A stretch of 64,000 nt of DNA from Octopus sinensis. Taxonomy: Eukaryota. Shown here in pieces: positions 1 through 14,304 of the stretch; position 1 is the first letter of the stretch, and every line of letters starts with the position of its first letter. Under the pieces are notes generated by a model. That model did not search any database, was not told the origin of the DNA, and was given only the letters and a program-made list of their open reading frames with translations. Where the stretch lies: the NCBI RefSeq assembly GCF_006345805.1, contig NC_042999.1, positions 149,172,001-149,236,000 of the forward strand, given 5' to 3'. The translations under genes were made by a program, and so were the position numbers.

Positions 1-152
1 AATATGACAGTCACCATGTTGTTACACAACTAGTTCTTCTTTTTCATAACATTTATATTTTCATTCAATAACATTTCTTTGTGAGGGTTGCTTTAAGCTA
101 TGGCATATTAGCTTTACTCATTCAGTTATAGAAAATTCAGTAAAAGTATTTG

Positions 153-597
153 TTTAAAATTTGTTGTATCTTGGGAGGATAATAAATACATGCACTGGTT
201 CTATTTCTTGTATCTTGGGAGGGTCGTAATAAACACATGCACTGGTTCTATTTCACTTCTTTATTTTCTATTAGTCATTTGGTTAACCAATTAACTAACC
301 AGTTGTTTGATTAATCATTTGGTCTGTCAATCAATCATTAGGTCTGCCAGTCAATCAGCTAGGTCTTCCAAAGTTCTTTTGTTAGACCTAGAGCATTGAT
401 GAGATTGCAAATGGTGACTAAAGGTTTTTGATAAACCTGGCTGATCGATTGACTGAATGAATGTTTAACCAAGCAATCAGTTAGTTAATCGGTTAAATGA
501 TTAACCAATTCACCAAATAAAAATAAAAACAAAAGCAGAATAGAACCAGTGCATGTGTTTGTTATTTGCATAATGACTCTTCTGAGATACAAAAAAT
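153..597. mobile_element. Degenerate fold-back element with a tandemly duplicated left end
   Basis: TTGTATCTTGGGAGG..ACATGCACTGGTTCTATT occurs twice (about 164-207, 208-252) and inverted at about 539-592. Confidence 0.62.
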
Positions 598-854
598 TCC
601 AACAGGAGTCAACATCAAGACTCTTGCAAACAAAGATTCTTCATAATAACTACAACTGATGATTCTATATTTGGTTACTGTTTGAAATACAACACATTAC
701 AAGATGAATACTTAAAAATATACACAGCCTACACTGCAAACTTGGTGCTGCTTTTTTTTCTCAAATAAAATAAATGTACATTCAGTAAATAAATGCAGTC
801 TTTAAAAAAATTTTTTTGTGAACTGTAGCAAAAATGTTATTATAATTTCTTCTT

Positions 855-1257
855 TACTCTTTTACTTGTTTCTGTCGTTTGACTGTGGCCATGCTGGAGC
901 ACCGCCTTTTAGTCGAGCAAATCGACCCCAGGACTTATTCTTTGTAAGCCTAGTACTTATTCTATCTGTCTCTTTTGCCGAACCGCTAGGTTACGGGGAT
1001 GTAAACACACCAGTATCGGTTGCCAAACGATGTTGGGGGGTGGGGGACAAACACAGACACATAAACTTACACACATACATATATACATATATACGATGGG
1101 CATCTTTCAGTTTCCGTCAACCAAATCCACTCACAAGGTTTTGGTCGGCCTGAGGCTATATTAGAAGACACTTGCCCAAGGTGCCACACAGTGGAACTGA
1201 ACACGGAAACATGTGGTTGGTAAGCAAGCTACTTACCACACAGCCACTCCTGCGCCT
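855..1257 (-). mobile_element. tRNA-derived SINE, family A, full length
   Basis: Minus-strand head with A-box-like TGGCTGTGTGG and B-box-like GTTCAGTTCC, CCTTGGGCAAG core and internal (TA/CA)n; many copies in the window. Confidence 0.85.
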
Positions 1258-2049
1258 ACTATATATATATATATTAAAACATATACTGTCAGATTATGGA
1301 ATGAAAGATAAGGAATCCAACTCAAATTCTTTGTAATATGACATGAGTCAGTGGTGAATTAAGAAATTTCAAACAAACCAATTACTTTGATACTTGTGCT
1401 TTCCGACCAAGAACTTGGAATATTTTACCACCCATTTCTATCCCACACGATGTTTTAAATATATATACATTTCAGTACAGCAAATTCCTTGTAAATATTC
1501 CTTCTGTGTTGTTTGTATTAGCATGTTCTTAATAGTTGTCAATTGTCAAATTAACACCGATATGCAAATTTACTCACCATGTTTAAATTGAAATACATTC
1601 TTGTCATAGTTTTAAACTGTTCCTTCTTGATAAACACAGTGTCAAGGTGAAACCTACAACAATCAATACACCGTATTGAATCTGAAGTTTCTAAATGATC
1701 ACCTAATTTGACTGTATTTGCTGTGGGAAAATGTGTGTCCTTGTGTACATGATGCTGTTGTTTAGTCCCACATCAGCTGGATCTAGTAAAGCAGAAATAC
1801 ATCATCATCATCATCTTCATCATCATTTAAAGTCCATTTTCCACGCTAGCATGTGTTGGACGGTTTGACCACCGGGGTCTGGGAAGCCAGGAGGCTGCAC
1901 CAGGCTCCAGTCTGATCTGGCAGTGTTTCTACAGCTGGATGCCCACTCCGTGAATGTAGTGAGTGCTTTTTATGTGCCACCAGCACAGGGGCCAGAGGAG
2001 ACTGGCAACGGCCATGATTGGTAAGTGCTTTTTACATGCCACCGGCACA

Positions 2050-2099
<50 letters not shown>

Positions 2100-2966
2100 T
2101 ATATCTTCCTCTTAGAATGTGACCAGTGAACTTTGTTGGCAGAAAACAAACTGTCTTAAATTAAAACTTGCCATCTGTTTGAAATTTAATCTTCCATATT
2201 AGTAGATAAATGTATAATTTAAGGCTTGTTGAAAGTTCTGTTGTTTTCAAAATAAACATTAAATGCAAAGAATCATGAACTTGGAGTGAAATTTAGTAAG
2301 TTTGTACAATGTTGTTGTTGGATATTTGATCACGTTTCTTAAAAAAGATAAATGCTCTGTCAGAACACTTCAGTCCGTATTTCCTTAAGGAGGAGATATC
2401 AAAGTAGAGAAGATTCTAGCAGAAAAAAAATAGTCTCAAAGAAAAAGTGAAAGAGAGGGAGAGAGAGAGAGAGAGAGAGAGAGCTAAATGTTTATAAATA
2501 GGAATATCATGTACGCCAGCTGTTTAGGATTTATTACTTTGCTGTATGTATGTGTATGTGTGTTAGTGTGTGTGTGTGAGAGAGAGAGAGAAAAAGAAAG
2601 AGAACGTATGTATGTGTGTGGTGCACATGTGTGTATACATATAAGTAAGGATTTAGCAGAAGATAACCTACACTTGCTGTTAAATTCTTGAAAATGAAAA
2701 AAAAAAAGAAAAAAGAAAAAAGAAGGAAAAACACTTGGGCTGCAGGAAATTATTTCCTTCTTAATGAATAGATATCATGATATATAAAGATTTTGATTAT
2801 TTCTTAAAAGAAAAAGATAAAAAAACTGAGAACCTCATCAGACGTTGTGCTCCATAATGCATCAAGGAACACAGCTTATTAATAATCAAATATGGAATGA
2901 GCTTAAACAGTCCAACTATATTAAAACATGAGAGATTTCATTACATAAGACATAAACTAATTAATA

Positions 2967-3204
2967 CAGTGGTTCTCAACCATTCTTTGTCTACAGACCC
3001 CTCCAATTCCTATTTTACTCTATTGGGCCTGCATAGCCATTTACTGTATATAAAAACAAAATCTTGCTTAAATATTATTAGGAATTCTATAAAAAAATAT
3101 TTTGTGTATTGTAGAAGTACAACCAATTTGTTGCAGATAAATTTTAACAACCAAGTCTAATATGAATTTTCAAGGGCCTTTCGGACCCTGGTTGAGGACC
3201 ACTG
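2967..3204. mobile_element. hAT (Charlie-like) MITE
   Basis: TIR CAGTGGTTCTCAACC / GGTTGAGGACCACTG; 8-bp flanks AATTAATA and ATTTAATA (7/8 match) as TSD. Confidence 0.85.
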
Positions 3205-3329
3205 ATTTAATAGAACCTCTCATTGAATTATCAGTTGTTTGGCTAAGTGGTTTCTTTAGCAATTTCTCCATTCAAACATAAGCCCCAAGTGTCATACCAT
3301 TTTATACAATAATCTGTTTATGTATGAGA

Positions 3330-4420
3330 TATTCTGCAGCCAGTCATTGCAACTATGTCTGTTCATGGCTTTGGCATGACTTGATAAGTTTTCTCCAATA
3401 CTGGTCAGTTTTTCGCTTGGGTTTGCCATTTATTTTGATCATTTCCTTTCCAAACCATGTTCCTTTTTGCAGTATCTTTAAATCTCAGTCTAGGCCTTCC
3501 CTGGTTTCTATTCCCCTTGCACAGTTGAGAGTAAAAGATTTGTCTGGGGAGTCTGCAACTGCCAATCCTGTGCATGTGGCCCAACCAACATAAATTTCTA
3601 TCAATGAGGATTTCCATCATAGGAAGCAGACTAGTGCACCATAAGATCTCTTCATTCCTTATCTTCTCAAAACAGAATGATATTCATGATTTGTCATAGC
3701 TGTCTTATGATATATACATGTAACTTGTCAACTGGAGCTTTATAGACTGTCCAGATTTCAGCTCCATACAACAGGTAAGAAAGCACTATAATCTGGTACA
3801 CCTTACACTTAACATGCATAGAAACATGCCAATTTTCCAACAGTATCTCCTGCAGCCTTGTCAAATAAAGCATTAGCTCTGCTCATTCCGTATATGATTT
3901 CCTGATCCACACATGCATTATCTGAGATGGTGCTGCCTAAGTATTTGAATGTTTTGCACAGGCCAGCCTTTCATATCCAATAGTGATGTTTGCTTCTGTT
4001 AGAAGGGAATTTAGGTTCTCCATGGATTAGTAGAGGCATCCGATTTTTCTGATGTGAATCTTTAAGCTGAACTGTTGTGCAACTCTGGCAAAGTTATCTC
4101 CCCATTTCCACATATCTTCAGTGCTGTGGGCAACCAGTGCACTATCATCAGTGAACAGCTTCTCCCACACTAGAACCCTCGTAGTGCATACCTTGGCTTT
4201 ATACTATGCAGTATTGTACAAATCAGCATCCTGCTGAACTGGATGTAGGCCCCAGTCCAATTCGCCTCAAATGCAACTTCCAACACTGTTGTGAGATAGA
4301 AGGAGAACAGTGCTGGAGCAAGTACACACCCTTGTTTAACTCCATTTGTGACCACAAACTCACTTGAGGTATTGCTATCTTGTACTACCCTTCATGCAGG
4401 AACCTGTCCAGGTTGATGAC
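3330..4420 (-). mobile_element. Degenerate RTE-clade LINE (RT domain to C-terminus)
   Basis: Fragments VTNGVKQGCVLAPALF, LFTDDSALVAH, FKYLGSTIS and CWLGHMHRI...RLPRQIFYSQL..G.RNQGRPRLRFKD; stops and frameshifts. Confidence 0.88.
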
Positions 4421-7402
4421 CTTTCAAGGACATCCATCTTTCTTAAGAACCACCCAAAGTTCATCACCGGATACTGTGTTGAAAGCCTTTGTGATGTCTA
4501 TAGTGCTTTTAAGGTTGAAAGAGCTGAATGTCAAGATGATATCATTCCTTAGCATGTCTAGTGTATGACTATCTGCACTTCTAAAGATAGTCTGTCATCT
4601 TTGAATAGGCTAAAGTCTGTAGAGGTAAATATTTATTTAAGGAATCTAGGGTATACAATTCTATAAGATTACATGCCAGTGCTCTCAAACATCATGCTTA
4701 CATCAAAGGAACAATCTGGGTTAAATCTCTCGATCCAGGAAGAGTCTTTGTAAAATAGCAGTTATTTTAGCATGCATTATGATGCCTATACCATTATTGC
4801 TTATGGTGTCATAAATTTTAGCTAATTCTAGTAGCTTAATGTTTTAGGGACTGATGGATAAAAATAGAAACTCTTATTGTGCACCAATTGAGTGCTCAGT
4901 AATTTTGTTTACCGATCTTTGCAAACATGAGGCTCAAATGTTAAACTATCTCATATCATAATTCTAGGATCTGTTAACATGATATTAAACTAAATTATCT
5001 TTTCTCATTAAGACCTTTTTCCAATGATTTAATATTTACTTGACATTTCTTTTACATTAAGGGCTACAATAGTCAAATTCAAAATAACATTTAATACAGT
5101 GAATATTATGAATGTCAAATTGAATAAATTTGGCAGTTCTTATTACTAACTTTATTGAACCAAGTTATAATGGCACTATTATGACTTCATTAGGCGAGGC
5201 TAGTAGTTTTTCTGATGTCATTAATCTTAGAATTTTCTTGTAAAATGGAGATTGGATTAGACTAGCAGAAAATTCCAAGAAAGATTATCAATAACACCAG
5301 GAAAGCTACTAATCTTGTCTAATAGAGTATCAGTAATCATAACTGTGTTTGTAAAAATTAGCAATAAAAACAGTGACTAATTTGGAAGGGAAATTGGCCC
5401 TTAATTGAATTCAGAACAATAATTTCAAATTTTGGCACAAGGCCAGCAACTTTGGGGGGGAGGTGTTAAGTCAATTTCATTGACTCATGCTCAATTGGTG
5501 TTTATTTTATCAACCCTGAAAGGATAAAAGGTAAAATTGACCTCAGAATGTGAAGACAGATGAAATACCAATAAGCATTTTGCCTGGCGTGAAAACGATT
5601 CAGCCTGCTCACTGCCTTTGGAATAATAATAATAATAATACCTTACATTAGTACAAGACTACAAATTTTTAGGGGAAAGGATAAAGTTGAGTGAATTAAC
5701 TATAGTATATAGTTGCTAATTATTATTATATCAATCTTGTAATTTTGAAAGATAAAGCTGACCTTGATGGGATTTGAGCACAAAATATAAAGGAATGTAA
5801 TTAGAATGTGATTAGATACTGAAAAGGAATTTTCTGATGCCAATGTTTCCGCCTTCTACCCTAACAACACACACATGTATATATACAGGGTGTGATGGGT
5901 AAATTGTTGCTATTTTATATTTTTAATTTCATGCATGAAATCAATACTGCTTATCAGTCATTGATGGATACTTCTGATCACTGAAGTCTATCATCTGTTT
6001 GTTTGTTTGTTCCTTCTCAAGCCATGCCTGGCTCATAAGGGCCGGTTTCCTAGTTTCTTGATGTATAGGGTCCCCACCTGGATGGGACGCTGATCCGTCG
6101 CAGGTGAGCTGCAAGATGCAGGAGGAAAGAGTGAGAGAAAGTTGTGGCGAAAGAGTCAGCAGAAGCTTCGCCATTACCTTCTGCCGGAGCCGCGTGGAGC
6201 TTAGGTGTTTCGCTCATAAACACACACATCGCCCGGTCTGAGATTCGAACCCGCGATTCCTCAACCGCGAGTCCACTGCTCTAACCACTAGGCTATCATC
6301 TGTAGGAGTGTAAGGAAAAAATATATGAAACAACAACAATAAAAAGATTCAAGGTAGAAGATATTTTTAATTACACCAGAACTGTACAAAGTGACTACAA
6401 AAATAGAAGTTATTACTGTACACTGTACTGTGGGAATATTTGATAGAAGACTTCAACACTTGTTTCAGAGCTGGCATAACACCACCACCACCACCACCAA
6501 CACCAACACCACCATCATTTGATTCCTTCCTATTCAATCTCTAACGAGACAAGGATCCAGTATGTTGTTGTATATGTGGAGATATCCAACTGTATTCATG
6601 TAATATAGAATTGGAAGTATAAATGCTTGATATTCCAAAATGATGTCAATCCATACAACCAAAGATTAACTCTCGATGCCAACTTGTCCGAGACTGCCTC
6701 AAACTCTTTAAATAAAAAAAGTCCACCGGTTTTAAAGTGTTCATATTTTAATTAAAGCATTCCATCATTGTTTTTGTTATGTTATAAAATACAAGCTTAA
6801 TTAATGAAAAACAAAAAGTTACTTAACTAAATTTCTCCAAATTTTTCATTGATTTTTAAAAAATATTAATTAAAACAGGCAGTTATTTTGATAGAAAAAT
6901 AATCAGAAAAGCGTTAGAATTTTACATATTTTGCTTTGTTTTTGATTACCTCAGAGCTAGATAACAACAGTACTGATGGAAGGGAACATCTAGCTTGGAG
7001 TCTGAATCACTTTTCTAAAACATTCGTTTTGAAATGATTTTGTATTATTTTCTTTAGCCTGTGTCATAATAAAATTGTTTGATATAATCATAGTGCGGAC
7101 ACCTCCATCATCAATGAAACCCATGGTAGTTCTTCACCTCAATACTGTAAGTTTACAAAACACACACATTATACACACACACACACACACACATATATAC
7201 ATGGGGAGTAGGTGAGAGCTAGATATATTCAGTATAAAAAACACTTAGCAGAGCTCAAATGAATTTGAACTTAAATACCAAATTTTTCATCTAGGGTTAG
7301 GTTCTTAACATCAAGAGTAGCTATAAGAGAGATCCAAGATGAGCTGATATGGAGGTAGTGATGCAGATAAACACAGTTAGGCTTGACACACATATACATG
7401 CA

Positions 7403-7784
7403 TACTCTTTTACTTGTTTCAGTCATTTGACTGCGGCCATGCTGGAGCACCACCTTTAGTCGAGCAAATCGACCCCGGGACTTATTCTTTGTAAGCCCAG
7501 TACTTATTCTATCGGTCTCTTTTGCCGAACCGCTAAGTGACGGGGATGTAAACACACCAGCATCGGTTGTCAAGCAATGCTAGGGAGACAAACACAGACA
7601 CACAAACACATACATATATACGACAGGCTTCTTTCAGTTTCCGTCTACCAAATCCACTCACAAGGCATTGGTCGGCCCGGGGCTATAGCAGAAGACACTT
7701 GCCCAAGATGCCACGCAGTGGGACTGAACCCGGAACCATGTGGTTGGTTAGCAAGCTACTTACCACACAGCCACTCCTGCGCCT
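7403..7784 (-). mobile_element. SINE family A, full length
   Basis: Near-identical to 855-1257; B-box GGTTCAGTCCC. Confidence 0.88.
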
Positions 7785-9074
7785 ATATACATATATATTA
7801 TATATGCAGTGTTCATTTTGTCCTCATTACAGGAATGAGCTGCACTTATTCCTCACGGTAACTATTTACAGCTAAGTAGACAGGACCATTGCAGATTAAA
7901 CGTGTCTGGTATGGACGAACATGATGCACCATTGGTGAATGGATGTGATCTGAGAACACTTCAAATGACAGACCGACACCCTATTAACCTAGTCAGCTGC
8001 AACTTTGATTCTGTGATTAGAGGATTATGTAAGGAAGAAGTGGGAAAGATTTGCAAATAAAAAACAAACAAAAAATAGCAGTAGGCACTTTTAATTTGTT
8101 AGTAATGACGGAATGAATTGATTTCACATATAATGGAGGACAACCTGCTTGAGTACAGCCATGCATTGGCATTCATGGCTCTTGTTTAACTTGCTAGCAA
8201 TGTCTTGCAAAGCATAAGCACCTTTTCCTTACAATGGTTGAAACAGGCGGGAGATCTCCATATGACTCTTTCTTGGTGGGATGAATTCTCCAAGATATGT
8301 ATAAGACTGCAGGACCGAAAAGGATGGTGTTCACAGGTTAAAAATGTCTGAGCAAGCTCAACCAGATGATGATAGGGGGATGAATAATACATTCTTACAT
8401 ATGAATAATACATTCTTACATATGGGTATGTGTGCATAGCAAGAAGGTACACTGAATCTGATATTTTGAATTATTTGGAATTAAAAAAAAAAAAAGAGCT
8501 AATCTTTGACATATTTGCTGGGGAAATAGATAATCCAATGTTTAGAAAATATACAAGGTTGGGCGATGGTGGTAAATGCTGGAAGAGGATGTCAATGTAG
8601 GGAACACATGTTGATATTTATGGTTGTTCCTTTTTTGATAAGAACTAGGGAGTAAGAATGATTCATGAGATAAGTTTTTTTTTTCTTTTCTGAGGAAAGA
8701 ATTTAGTCTAGCTTTCTTTCCTGCTACTAACCCCTTGTAATTCACATGGAACATTCAAACACGCTAAATGCTCCCAGTTAGACTTTTCTTTAGTTTATGA
8801 AAGCTTGTACAGATTTTTCTTTTGCTAGTTTTAACCACTGTCATCGCCTTGGACATCTTATAATCAATTAAATCACCCCCTAATACTTGATTAAAGGACT
8901 AAATTGGTACAGTCGCTAAAGCGTTGCATAGAATGCTCAGCAATATTTGTTCCAGTTCTTTGTACGCTGAGTTCAAATCCCACCAAAGTTGACCTTGTCT
9001 TTCGTCCTTTTAGGGTCGATAGAAAAAAGTACCGGGATGGTGGATTACTAGCACTATTATTGGCACTCCGACAG

Positions 9075-9375
9075 TTATGATGATGAGTGTTCCAGTTGAT
9101 CTGGTCAATGGAACAGCCTGCTTATGAAATTAACATGCAAGTGGCTGAGCACTCCACAGGCACTTGTACCCTTAATGTAGTTCTCAGGGAGATTCAGTGT
9201 GACACAGAAAGTGACAAGGCTGGCCCTTTTGAATTACAAGTACAACTCATTTTTGCCAGCTAATTTCACTGGAACAACACGAGATATAGTCTCTTGGTAA
9301 GGGGCACAATACACTGCCAGCAACTGAACTCACAACCTTATGATAATGAGCCGAATGCCCTAACCACCTAGCCAA
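9075..9375 (-). mobile_element. Family D SINE-like repeat
   Basis: GATTCAGTGTGACACAGAA.GTGACAAGG body shared with about 26770-27090 and 55930-56200; related heads at about 6030-6300, 47020-47240, 58100-58395. Confidence 0.7.
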
Positions 9376-9545
9376 ACTAAAACTATTAGAAGGTCATGTG
9401 AGATGCCTCATAGTGTCTTTGCATTCTGAGAGGAGACTGGGGCCAAGCTGTAGTGACCTAAGTTTGGTGGATAAACATTAGTAGAAAGGAGAGAAAACTT
9501 GCATGCCTCGGTAACTGCCAGTCGTCTTCAAAATACTCTTCACAT

Positions 9546-9929
9546 AGGCACAGGAGTGGCTGTGTGGTAAGTAGCTTGATTACTAACCACATGGTCCTGG
9601 GTTCATTCCCACTGCATGGCACCTTGGGCAAGTGTCTTCTACTATAGCCTTGGGCTGACCAAAGCCTTGTGAGTGGATTTGGTAGACAGAAACTGAAGGA
9701 AGCCCGTCATATATATGTATATGTAAATATGTGTATGTGAGTGTGTATGCTTGACAACCGATGCTGGTGTGTTTACGTCACTGTAACTTAGCAGTTCAGC
9801 AAAAGAGACCGATAGAATAAGTACTAGGCTTACAAAGACTAAGCTCTGGGGTCGATTTGCTCGACTAATCGCGGTGCTCCAGCATGGCCGCAGTCAAATG
9901 ACTGAAACAAGTAAAAGAGTAAAAGAGTA
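9546..9929 (+). mobile_element. SINE family A, full length
   Basis: AGGCACAGGAGTGGCTGTGTGG head, GGTTCATTCCC B-box, tail GTAAAAGAGTA x2. Confidence 0.88.
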
Positions 9930-12900
9930 TATATGTCCAGACATATGGCCAATATTAACCAACAGGGATCCTACATGTACTTGATAAGTTCTTATTTAAT
10001 CAACCTAGGAAAGTTGATAAACTAAAGTCGATTTGAACTCAGAATATAAAGTGCCATAACTAATACAGTATTTTATGCCATGCTGAAGCAATTCTGCCAT
10101 AGATAAGTTTTAGTATAACAATGGACATTAATCATTTGAAACTGTCATAGTCATTTCATTATTCATTCTTTTATACATATATCTGTGGATCCTATTGTCC
10201 TTAGATCTAATCTTAACACTTCTTATTGTGTCTTTTTTCGCATGAATTCTTGCATAGATACTTTGTAAAAAAAAAACATCCTAAAATTCCTTATGAGGCA
10301 ATAAAATTGTTTTTTATGACTCAATCAGAAGAAGAAGGACAGTACTTGTGACATTCTTGAGAGGCTTCTGAGAATAATTGAATTATAAGGAGACTGGACT
10401 ATTGGCTAATAGACATGGTGTCATATAATGCTTTATCAAATTCACAACATATTACTCTGTCTGGGTATGTGTGTATGTGTAAACCCCAGACAATAAAATA
10501 TATCATTGTTAAAGTAAAAGTACAAATTGGTGTTACAAAAACTAATCTTTAAAACACAGTGACCTTTCAAATCTGATTTGATGAAAGACAACACAAACCT
10601 GCTCTCATGTTGCAGAAGGTATTGAGGTCGAATAATCTCATGTCATCTCAAAATGGACAGATCTATGATGGAGGGGGGGGGGGGCTTTTGAGGGTGATTT
10701 GGTTGTTATTTCTTAGAGGTCAATGTACAACGGAGAAGTTTCCAGGCTAGCTTAAGGACATTGTAGTTGCTGTTATCTGTAGGTCAGCTTTGATCAAGCA
10801 AAACTATAATCAAAAGCAGTCCAATAATGATCATCCAATCTTTTTTTAGGCATAACGTATCCTGATTACATTATCCAATGTATCTAAAAATTATGGTTTG
10901 TTCCGAAGGAGATTTGACAGCTATTTCCAGCAAGTTGAATGACTGTACAGAGACCTACACACGGCTATATATGTGAGTGTTATACCTTTATGTTATGGTG
11001 ATAGTAAATCACTAGATTTTGATTTTCCTTTCTTTTATTATGATCATTGATTTAATGCCCACTTTTCCAGGGTCAAATGAAATTTGTTTGGGCAAATTTT
11101 CTATTGTTGGATGACCTTTGCGTTTTGAAGCAATGTAATATTTCCCCATGGATTTTCACAAAAGACTGGAAATGAAGGACACAATGGTGAGCAAACACAC
11201 ACACACACACGCATACAGCATACATACAATGGGTTTCTTTCAGTTTCCTTCAACCAAATCCACTGATGAGGCTTTGATCAAGTCTGGGGCTATATTGCAT
11301 AAAGTGCCATGCAGTGGGACTGAACTCAAAACCACAAGATTGGAAAGCAAACTTCTTAGCCACACAGCCATGCCTATGACCTCTGAGGTTACTGGAATAG
11401 ATACCAGTAATTTAGTGTCATTACTTGATTGTTCTAGGTTTCAAACAAATATTAGCTTTACATTTAATCAAATGTCTATCATTATGGCCATGAGTCAACT
11501 AAAACATTGTGACTAAAAATGGTAGATGGAAACTATATGGACACTCATCAGAAGGATTGCCCCTGTTCTGGGTTGACATACTCTATTAGTCACTCAGTTT
11601 GATACCCATACCTGACTCTTGAGTAACTTTAATGGAGCTTAGTCTGTTGTAAACATTTAGGCAGATGTCTGGTTTTCTTCCTTGCCTCCCATCAGTTTTG
11701 AAGGTACTAAAAAACCAAAAAAGAAAAGATTCTGTCTATGCCATTTTTTCCCTGACAAAAAGTGTCTAAGGTGCAGGAATATTGGCTGAAGATCAAGAGT
11801 TCAATCTCTGCAATAAACACCTTTATCTGTGACATTATATCACCTGTGTTACCGGATTTTTCTTACCCTCCCCCAACAATAATTTTATAATTCATGCTGA
11901 TCTCTATTTTAATATTAATGTACTTTAAATTTTGAAGAGATTAGAAAATACGTATATAAAGTAAAAGTCAGATTATTGGTCCTCTTAAACCAAGGTCATT
12001 GTAATACTTCAACAGTTATTATTACAATGATACAATGCTTATCTTCTTTTTAAATAGGTTAAGAATTTTGTCCACTGAAGACCAAGAGGTAAATTATGAG
12101 CATTACCAACAAAGGTTCTCTCTTCTTCATTGCTTAGTAATTGAAGCAGGAAGAATATAATGCTTTGCTCAGGGAATACTTCTGCCTCAGAAGGGGAATA
12201 TAAATTGTATGTTTTACCCAGGCATATTATAACATAGGAATTGGAACATAAAATTGGTATCTTACTCATGACACATCATAAAACCACTGAAAGAGAAGTT
12301 TTGTGTCTTAGCCCATTGCATGTTATATAAATCTGGTGTCAAACCCATTGCATATTACAACACCAGAAATGGGATACAAATTCACAATATTTCTATCTCC
12401 AAAGCTCAAACTTTGTAATGTAAACATATATGTTTTAATTCTTTCATACTGAGATCAACCAGGGCTAGTATGGGTGTTACAACAACAACAACAACAACAA
12501 CCAGGGTTAGTGATTAACTATAATATATGTAAGCTGAGCTAAAAAAAAATTCTCCTGGAAAAGATTACAGTCTATCATAGGAAATGTTTTCTGGAAGTCT
12601 AGATATTCAATATTCAGTGTGGTGACCAGAGGTATGTACACATGAGTAAAGTGTCTTATCTCAGAAATACATTGAAATAGCTACAGTGGATTTGAACTCA
12701 TGTTTGATGAGCCAGTAGTCTAATGTCTTACCCACTCAACTATTTTGCTTTTACTAGGTAAAATCAAAACTTAATTCTGAATTTAAGACATATGAGTGAT
12801 TCAATGAATTAATTTTACAACCAATAAATGGCTGTTACCATATTAAGTATAGTGTTAGAAGATAACATAGCTATAGCTGAAATTATAAAATATAGTACAG

Positions 12901-14294
12901 CTAAAATTGATAGAATCACTATAGAATATAGTACTGGGAGATACAATAAGTGATGATAGCATAATATATATACATCAAAAAGATAGTACAGGTATAAATG
13001 ATACTGTAACTATTAGCAGGTAGTATGTCTAAAGAGGTTAGTATAGTTATGGAATTAGAACTAAGTATATAACTTAATCAGTTTCAAACATACTGCTTAC
13101 TTTAAATGTAAACATACAATTGTAATTCACTATAAACATGTTGTTATATGGGTTGTTATATAACTGGATTATTGTTTGTACAGATGATATATATTTTGGG
13201 TAGTAGGAATTAAAACTAGGATATCATTGTGGATTTGGCTGGTGGAAAACCCTACAGACTTCCACATTTGATATTTCTAGTAACAGAAATAAAGTGAAAC
13301 AAGCTTGGTGCTGGACCAATTTATAATAATATTAAAATAAAAAAAAAATAAAGAAAACAAAAAGTCATGGTATTTTGAAGATACTTAGTGAGTCATAATG
13401 GTTTATATGAATGTGATTGGTTAACAGCTTCAGAATAAGGGCACTAACTTTATCTTCTACAACATCATGGATGGTAAATGACATGGTATGAGATAGAAGT
13501 TTGGGATACCAGCTGTTCAAAGATATCCATCTCTTCCTATGTTGCTTTACAACTGTTTCACCGAATAAACATACTGTCTGGTTTAAAAGAATACCACTTT
13601 CTGCCAAATATGTATGTTCTTCAGAATAACTATGAATTGGTGATGTTTCTTGAGTATTTTTTTTAACACAGATTATGTGGAACTGTTGAAACACACATGG
13701 GGAATTGTGATTTGTTTCCTGGTTTTCTGCTAGTCACTGGTCTAACTGGAGAGTAATTCACAATAATAAATACATACATACATAAGCAAACTTACAGTTT
13801 AGATAATGGGTAATTTAACAAAGAATCTCTTGGTTTCCAGAGATATGTTAACTCAATCGAAAAACTTAATGTAGAATATATTTGAGACTCAAGAACAAAT
13901 GACAAAGAGAGCATAAGTTGAGGACTGCCTTCATGAGTGTACAGTTGCCCCCATGAGTATGTAAATGCTTCAATGAAGTGTAGTGGTGATAGTGGTGGTG
14001 GTGGTGGCGGCAGTGGCTGCCTCTGTTTGGTAACTGCTTCAATGAGGAAAGGAGGTGGTGGTGGTGATAGAGGCTGCCTCCAATGTAGTAACTAACTCAA
14101 TGAGGAGTTGGAGCTCTGGTGGCTGCCTTGGAGTAGTGGTGGATGGCCACTAAAGGAAAGCAACTGAAGTAGTCAAAGATGTTTTGTGTCAAAAAATGTA
14201 GAGATCTGAAGGTGACTGAAAGAAAATATCAGTGACTGGTCTCATTATCTTCTGGTTGGTTTACCATTTACAAATTGTTATCACAAAGCCAGTG

Positions 14295-14304
14295 TCACAC
14301 TTCC
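14295..14304 (-). CDS. PLEKHG5: Terminal coding segment G-GAA-GTG-TGA, completing ...S-E-V-stop (class I PDZ-binding motif)
   Basis: Minus strand reads ctgtaatttcag|GGAAGTGTGA; joins the phase-2 TC of the previous exon to give TCG GAA GTG TGA. Confidence 0.82.

Noticed and set aside
818-1153. 111-aa ORF and similar ORFs at 7567-7875, 24375-24743, 54469-54849, 63011-63349
   Set aside because: Chance reading frames within SINE copies
2835-2841. CUGAUGA on the minus strand as a hammerhead core
   Set aside because: No helix II closing onto a GAAA; several other isolated CTGANGA hits fail the same test
5882-5940. TA-CAGGGTGT Tc1/mariner-like terminus
   Set aside because: No matching second end or transposase sequence found
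8380-8421. 21-bp tandem duplication (similar small ones at about 47270-47400 and 49890-49940)
   Set aside because: Ordinary slippage duplications with no further structure
9546-9625. tRNA genes
   Set aside because: A/B boxes belong to SINE heads and run into SINE bodies; no complete cloverleaf
7094-12088. Possible plus-strand exons 7094-7146 and 12058-12088 of a convergent gene
   Set aside because: AG/GT signals are present, but they give short peptides with no recognisable family and no consistent model; needs RNA-seq
13365-13694. 109-aa minus-strand ORF
   Set aside because: Lies downstream of the SEV stop, probably in the 3' UTR; no convincing splice phase or domain; the faint likeness to a LINE C-terminus is too weak to call
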